The notes under the pieces are model-generated. The model worked only from the letters and a program-made list of their open reading frames with translations, had not been told where the DNA came from and made no database searches. Source: Hyaloraphidium curvatum SAG 235-1 (taxonomy: Eukaryota > Fungi > Monoblepharomycota). From it: 64,000 nucleotides of DNA. The stretch spans positions 186,001-250,000 of the forward strand of contig JAIVFI010000009.1 in assembly GCA_025558095.1 (NCBI GenBank). The letters are read 5' to 3'. Within the stretch, counting starts at the first letter, position 1; each line of letters opens with the position of its first letter. Position numbers and translations under genes: made by a program. Positions 55,220-64,000 of this stretch are shown one piece after another.

Positions 55220-56495
55220 TCATTTCGAGATCTTTTCCGTGAGTTCTGCCCATTTTGGTCAACGATCGTCCATCTCAGCGATGAAGCAAGCTCGACTCAC
55301 CAGGTACCGCCTTGAAGAGATCGGCAACCAGACCGTAGTCCGAAACCTGGAAAATCGGCGCCTCCGCGTCCTTGTTGATGGCAACAATGACCTTGCTGTC
55401 CTTCATCCCAGCCTGAACTACACGTTAGCGTTCGATCGTCGAAGCCGGCGGTAACACGAACCAGGTGTTGGATTGCTCCGGAGATGCCGACGGCAATGTA
55501 CAGCTCGGGGGCGACAATCTTGCCGGTCTGCCCAATCTGCAGGTCGTTCGGGACGTATCCCGCATCCACCGCCGCGCGGGACGCGCCGACGGCACCGCCC
55601 AGCTTGTCGGCGAGGTCGTAGAGCAGCTTGAAGTTGTCCCCGCTCTTCAGGCCCCGGCCGCCACCAATGACGACCTTGGCCGAGGAAAGCTCGGGACGGT
55701 CGGACTTCGAAAGCTCCTCCTTAACCCATTCGGTCGCGGTCGAGGTCTCGGAGGCCGGCGCGGCCTCGGAGGAGGCGGAGGAGCCTTCCGAGGCGGCGGC
55801 GGGGAAAGCGGTCGTCCGGACCGTAATGAACTTGACCGCGTCCTTGGACTTGACCTTGGCGATGGCGTTGCCTGTTGTCCGGCCAACGATGAGCGTTCCG
55901 GAGTGCAGGAACCGAAGGGTAACTCACCGGCGTAGATCGGCCGGACAAAGGTGTCCGGGGACTCAACGGCCATCACGTCAGACACCTGCGCCACATCCAG
56001 CTTCGCTGCCGCCCGCGGCATGATGTTCTTGCCGAAGGCGGTGTGGGCCGCGACGACGTGCGTGAAGCCCCCGGCTTTCTGGGCGGCGACCAGCAGCGGC
56101 GCGTACACCTCGGGCAGGCCGTGCTCGTAGGCCTTGTCCTTGGCGACAACGACCTTGGAAACGCCGGCCACCTTGACCAGCTGGCCCACCACCGCGTCGG
56201 GGTTCTCGCCGGCCACCAGCGCGGTGACGGGCCCGCCGAGCTTCGCCGCGGCCGTAATCGCGTTCAGGGTGGCCCCGCTCAGCTTGCCGTCCTTGTGCTC
56301 GACGAGCACGAGCGACGACACCGGCCCCGCGGTCGCATAGCGGCGCAGGGCAAAGTGCGGCTGCAACGATGCGTTGGCGCAGGCGGGGTCGGACGGCCGC
56401 GTGAGGGCGGAAGCACGCCGCGGACAAAGAGCACGCACCTTGAGCAGCGATGCGCTTGCCCGAGGGGCGCCGAAAGCTATCCGCAGGGCCTGCAT
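55220..56495 (-). CDS. ETFA: Electron transfer flavoprotein alpha subunit, 4 introns
   Basis: [61 protein letters not shown]. Confidence 0.96.
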
Positions 56496-56915
56496 GGCAA
56501 GTGTCCGGCGTGTGCGGAAGTTGGTGGCGACGTCGGCGACGCCGCCGGGTGAGAAAGTGAATCGCTTTTCCGCCCTCGGCCCAAGGATCTACACTCGCGA
56601 GATGCCAGCCGAAGCTTCGCGAAGAGTCATCGAGGAGCTCAATCTTGAGCTTACTCCACCGACTTTCGCTTCCGATGCCGCCACATTCTCCAGGGGTAGT
56701 CACGCGCACTCCGATCAGGCGACTTCGGTCGAGATCAGCACGTTCAACGAGCAGCCGAAGTAGATAGCGGTTTTTTAGATCTGATGCACGATGCCTCGAG
56801 GCGACGATACCTAGCATCTTGGGTCGATGTCGAGTGGGAGGAATAGTGACCGCAGTCACCCTTGCTGCCGGCGCTCTGGCCTCCGCCTTGGCACATCCGA
56901 GGCAACCAATACGCG

Positions 56916-58063
56916 ATGGAAACGAATCCTCCCGCATCCGCCGACTCGCCGAAACCCGGCACCGAAGGTGCTGCCGCGTGCGACGCGTCCTACGCGCCGT
57001 CTCACGCCCCCGCAGAGGATCGCTACCGGCAAAAGTTCCTGGACCTCAAGGCGAAGTCCGAGGACCTGGAAAAGGGCAACGACGCGCTGCACGTAAAGCT
57101 GCAAAAGGCGCAGAGGGAAATCTACAGACTGAAGGTCGAGAAAGGGTGCGTATCTCTTCGGGCCCAGGAGCCGTCGGCTGACCCGCAGCAGGTTCCTGTT
57201 CCAAAAGCTCGACGAGCTCATACGCTCGTCAGAGAAACAGCAGGCCGGGAGCGAGGAGGACAGCGAGGAGGACGCGAAGGAGGAGGAGTTTCGCCCGGCT
57301 CCGAAGAAGCGCAAGGCGGCAGACGCGCCTGCGGGCCCACCGGCGCCCAAAAAGCCGGGGAACGCGTTCGTCATATACTGCCGAAAACAACGGGAACTGG
57401 GCATTGTGCCGGAGAAGGGTGGGCCTGGGGGCCTGGGGGAGGCCACAACGTTCTACTCCAAGATGTGGGGGGCTCTGAGCGACCAGGAGAAGCAGGTTGG
57501 TAGTCGCGGCCCGTCATTTCGTTGCTCTTAACGCTGGATGTCTGCAGCCGTACGTTGACTTATTTGAGGAGGAGAAGCGCACGTACCAGCACGAAGTGGA
57601 GCGCTACATCGAGCAGTACGGCGTGGACCCGACCCAGAAGAAGCCCAAGAAGCCGAAAGGGGGCGGCGAAAGCCCGCAGGAGTTCTCCGAGGACGAGGCC
57701 GGCAACCTCTCCTACAGCGGGGCGAAGAAGAAGAAGAAGAAACCGGCCAAGCCGCGGGCAAGGCCGGCAAAGCCTTCTGGCGTGGTACCGCAAGGCTTCG
57801 CACCGAGCCTGGGCTCAGCCGCGCCGACGGACGCTTACTCGGAAAGCTCGGGCCGGATTGGGAGCCGGATGGACGTTTCAGTTCCGCAGCACGCGGGCTC
57901 CTCGAGCAGCGCCCTCGGAAGCGCTGCGCCCTCGCCGATCGCCCTGGGGTACGACCTGAGGGCTTTCGAGTCGCCATCCATGGACGTGGACGAGAACGAC
58001 GTCGAGAGCAGTGTGCTCGAGGAGGAACCGGAGGAGACCGAGGAGGACGAGCTGGAGGAGTAG
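56916..58063 (+). CDS. HMG-box protein with INO80E-like coiled coil (NHP10-like), 2 introns
   Basis: YRQKFLDLK...RLKVEKGFLFQKL; PKKPGNAFVIYC...KMWGALSDQEKQPY...EKRTY; acidic tail. Confidence 0.8.
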
Positions 58064-58217
58064 GATCGTGTCAGGGATGAATTGACCCCAGCTTACATAC
58101 GAATCCGTGTCGCTCCTCGTTCCGGCCATGCGCCGGCTACCATGACCAAGCATCTCACTGCCCAGCAGTTCTCTCCAGCACCCCGATCCCAACTGGCCCG
58201 CTCAGGGAGATTAGTCC

Positions 58218-59300
58218 CTAGAGCAGCTGCAAGTAGTTCGACGGCGCGATGCCGATCCTCACAGCTCCGTCAGGGGCCGTCCGCCTGGCCTGCCACCACT
58301 TCCCCTTGGAATCCAGGATCTCGAGAATCTCGCCCTTGGTGAACGAGAGCTCGTTTGGATCGTCCGGGTTGGCGTCATCTAGCAACCGCGTGTCAAACGG
58401 CATTGCAGCAAACGAAAGCGACAAAAAGACTCACAGGTGTAGATAGCTTTTGCCCTCTGCGACACGGCGGCAACGGGAGTCGTGACCGCCGACGACAGGT
58501 TCGAGCTCGCACTGTTCAGGTATGCGCCCGCTTCGACGTTCCCGTTGTACGTCAGGTTGTTGCCCGACGCACGCGAAAAGGCCGGGAACCCGAGGCCGCG
58601 GCCGCCCGCGGAACCAGGGAGACGGTGAACGAAAGACTCCGGCTCCGCGCCTATCCAGAAGACCCAGAAGTAAATGACGAAGGCCATGAAGTACAGGCCT
58701 GCCGCCATGCCGGCAAAGGGGCCGGTGTACCCATACTGCCGCCCGGGAAGATTGATAAGGGTCGAACGCCGTTGCGAGTCCATCACGACAGTTCCGTCGT
58801 CGGGAGACACAGACAACGGTGAAGAAAGTGGAATGATCAGCCAGCGAAAGCTTAGGAGCCTGTCCCACCCACGGTGTAGGTGTTGATTTGGAACGTGACA
58901 AAGACCATCGCTCCGGTGACGTACGCCAACAGCTGAAGCCGACGCAGAGGAAAGTAGAGACTCAGCACTCGCTACGGACAGCTCCCGATGGCGTCCAGAT
59001 GCCCACCACGAAGCGGTACGTTTTCATCGAATCGTTCACCAGCGACACCACGACCCCGATGAGCAGGAGGGCGTAGTAGAACGCAAGGAACCACGCATTT
59101 CCCAGCGCATTGCTCGGCAAGCCTGCTTGCGCGGTGCACAGACTAATGAAGTAGATGACCCATCCGAACTGCGGCGGGGAGGACGTCGAGGCGGGAGAGC
59201 CATTCAGCTGCCGTCGCGGCTCCAGGACGGCGCGGGGGCCGCTCACGGAATAAATGGCAGACGATGCCAATAGGTACGGGTTCGAAACGAGCGCCGACAT
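58218..59300 (-). CDS. SHO1: High-osmolarity sensor Sho1 (4 TM + SH3), 4 introns
   Basis: Four TM segments incl. YRFV and AAGLYFM; SH3 [38 protein letters not shown]...GIAPSNY. Confidence 0.9.
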
Positions 59301-59719
59301 CGCGGGAAGGCCTCGCAGGGACGCCGAAGGCTTTGCCCTTTTGCGTGGTTAGCGGGTCTAGTTACGTATCTGCTGCGGCCTTTAGCCGGTGACGACTCGA
59401 GCCGCAGCACGGGCGAAACTCCGGGTCGCTCGTTCGGACTCGGACCTCCAGTGCGGCCGAGCAAGTGAACCACCTGCAAAAGGCTTTTGTCTTGCCGCAC
59501 GGGGCGCGCAAGGACCTCTAGAAACGGCCGACGACAGTCCGACGACTCTACCTTTCCTGGTCGCGCCTTGGACCACGCTCCCACAATCAGGAGCCGATCC
59601 TTTGCCGCACGCTGCTGAAAGCAGCAGCAGGAGCGGAAAACGCGACCACGATCTCGCCTGGCGCCCGTGGTTGCTCCGCTCCCTGTTAGGGTCACTCCGG
59701 ACCTTCTCCCCGAGCAAAG

Positions 59720-60794
59720 ATGTCGAAGCCGGACCTCTCCTTCTCCTGGAGCGTGCCGGACTGGGGACATTATGATGTGGGACAGAAGGTGATCTCGGAT
59801 CCGGTGGTATGGCAGGGGTTCAAGTGGTCGATCGTCGTCTATCCGAACGGGACGGTGCCAGAGACTTCCGGCAAGGTCGGCCTCTTTGTCACGGTCAAGA
59901 GCCTGAACGCCTCCCAAACCACGGCATGGGCCCTGGACGTGACTTTTGCGCTCTCGATATGCGAGCGACCGCCCGCAAAGGCGACGTGCTGCTTCCGCAA
60001 CGACGCCGATATTTGGGGCTTCAAGGACATCATGCTCCGGGACTCGCTCGACGAGACGAAGCCCATTACGTGCCACGCCCAGATCTACCTGTCCAAATTC
60101 CCGGCGGCATCCAGCCTTGAACCTCCTCCTCCCCCGAAACACCCTCTGCTTTCGCTGTCTTCCTACTTCAACGACGAAGCGACGAGCGACATGCTCCTGA
60201 AGTGCGGAGACCGGAGCTTCCACGTGCACAAGATCGTCCTAATCGCGACCAGCGAGTATTTCAAGGCGATGTGGCGGCGCGGGGGCTGGAAGGAGGAGGG
60301 CGAATCCGAAGTCGAGATTACGGACTGCGAGCCGCAGATTCTCGATTCGGTTCTGAACTATCTCTACCAGGGGGAGGCCGGATTGCCGGTCGGCCTGACC
60401 TGGGAACAGTGCGCTGAGATACTCCAGGCATCTTGCTTCTTCCAGATTCCCTCGCTCCAGGATGTCCTTATTGCGAAGCTTTCGGGACTGCTCTCGTCAG
60501 ATTCGCTAGTGGGAACATTCGTCGTGGCCAAGAGGCTCGAGCTCCCGAAGCTCGGGGCCAACGTGCTGGACTTTGTTCGTGGGTCTCCTTGTTGCGGGCG
60601 TGTTGCTCCGTATCTCACAATCTCTCGCCGCGTCCTCAGGAACCAAGTACGGATCGATCCGGGAGCAGCGGAAGCAGATTCTGGCCACGATCAGGGAGGA
60701 GGCATCCAACACGGAGCTGCTCGATCTGTTGGACACTCTCATGGAGGCAGCAGAGCAGCTCACGCCTCCGCAGCCGAACAAAAAGACCGTGTGA
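59720..60794 (+). CDS. MATH-BTB (SPOP-like) protein, 1 intron
   Basis: FKWSIVVYPNG...VGLFV...WGFKDI; SDMLLKCGDRSFHVHKIVLIATSEYFKAM...LNYLY. Confidence 0.9.
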
Positions 60795-61072
60795 GCACGG
60801 TGTGAGGACGAGGCAGAAGGCTGCGAACACGGTGAAAGCGAAAAAGTAGCTGGAAGGGCGAAGGCACTTGAAGGAGTTGTGCGAACGATGGGAGCAAGAC
60901 TGGTGCTCGGTAGTAGCGTGTATGTAAGCTCTCCGATTGTCTGATTCAATAATCTGCAAAGAAAAGGCCGTGTCGGCGGCGCCCGCAATGATCGAACGAC
61001 GATTTGCTGTTCGGTCAAACAGGGCGGCGAATCCGAGTATGTTGCCAGGTCACTGTACAATGATGCAGAGCT

Positions 61073-62923
<1,851 letters not shown>

Positions 62924-63440
62924 TGTGGTAGACTATCTCCGAGTCGCGGTCGACTGCGGGAATGGGGGGAAAACAGGGTGAGAGTGCCGTCAGGGGGGTG
63001 GCCTCCCGCCGTGCCGAATTCGTCAATCCGACCAGGGTCCGCCGCCTCGCGGCGCGCCGCCGCGGGAGCAAAAAGCGACATCCGACGGCGGGCGTGGTGC
63101 GGCGCGGCTGCAGCGGCCGCAGGGGCAGGGGGAGCGCGGCGCGACCGGACCGCAACCCCTGGCCGGCGGACGCGCCCTCGCCGGCGCCGGCGGACGCGGC
63201 GTCCGGCAGGGGCACGCCACTTGCATTTCGAGCAGAACTGCGCCTCGCGCTTCGCAAGCACCGGCGGTACCAACCTTTGGGAGGTTTGAATTCAATCGCG
63301 ACGACACAGAGCTGATTTTTTGGCTGGAGAGCCGTGGGGGTGAACTGGACCGTGCGGAACCGGACAACAACACAACTCGAAGCGACGCATTCCCCCCGAT
63401 AGCCGTCGTTCTCATTCATTGAAGCGTGCACCGGGTCGAG

Positions 63441-64000
63441 ATGGACGTGGTGGCCCTCATAAGGTGCCCCTTCCGGCCGGTCGGACGCGTCGACGCGTGT
63501 TCACAGGCCCGTCAACCGCGTCTCCAAATCGGCGCCTCGCAGCGGTGGGAAGGACAGCTGCTTCAACATGATGCACTGTGTGGCCAACGGGCACAGAATT
63601 TGTGCCCTGGCGAATTTGTTTCCGGCTCCGGAAAGCGGTACAGGTCGGTGAGCGGCGCCGTCCCCCCCGGAATGTACTGCATCTCGCGATCGCATAGATG
63701 AGCTGGACTCGTTCATGTTCCAAACCGTCGGCCACGACCTGATCGATCTCTACGCGGAGTGCATGGGGGTTCCTCTGTTTCGCCGGCCGATTTCGGGCGC
63801 CTCGATCGTCCAGGGGATGGACTATGCCCCCCAGAGCGGAGACGAGGTCGAAGACCTGTTTGAGCTCCTGTCGCTCGTCAAGGTCGGCCTGCGGCACCTC
63901 GTTGGCCAGACACTCGTCTCATGACGCTGCTTCCGCCCAGCGCGAGATGCCGAATGTGCAGGCGGTTGCCGTCGGTGCGATTCTTTCCAACTACCAGCGC
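63441..64000 (+). CDS. DPH6: Diphthine--ammonia ligase, 3'-truncated by window edge
   Basis: VVALISGGKDSC, ELDSFMFQTVGH, DEVEDL, VGAILSNYQR. Confidence 0.95.

Noticed and set aside
56560-56860. Lower-GC stretch between ETFA and the HMG-box gene, possibly a gene remnant (similar stretches at 31690-31950 and 33070-33320)
   Set aside because: No recognisable motif or paralogue in the window; cannot be supported

Overview
Gene-dense (~68% GC by eye), intron-rich eukaryotic genomic DNA with short (~50-60 nt) spliceosomal introns. SHO1, a CBM18 protein, the fungal NHP10 architecture and the beta-tubulin point to a fungus, most plausibly an early-diverging chytrid/monoblepharid lineage (inference only). 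About 40 genes or gene fragments were reconstructed by hand. Conserved housekeeping genes: RFC small subunit, NAA40, ISY1, NTMT1, VPS25, SAMHD1-like dNTPase, ETF-alpha, NHP10-like, SHO1, MATH-BTB, beta-tubulin, DPH6, NAPE-PLD, ABHD18. Interspersed with them are lineage-specific paralogue families and their decaying fragments. The main observations are: (1) a 7-transmembrane family (38472-40003 intact, 17774-18570 truncated) whose loop pattern and C-terminus resemble the insect gustatory/odorant-receptor-like 7TM ion-channel superfamily rather than GPCRs; (2) a 4-Cys, dibasic-site-flanked ~40-aa module shared, with a conserved intron, by two secreted proteins with otherwise unrelated C-termini; (3) at least four GC-AG introns and two GAG acceptors among ~85 introns; (4) an exostosin/GT47 glycosyltransferase. 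No rRNA, tRNA, CRISPR or recognisable transposase was found. Exon boundaries are manual predictions, and several 1-nt frameshifts and G-rich tracts may be assembly errors.
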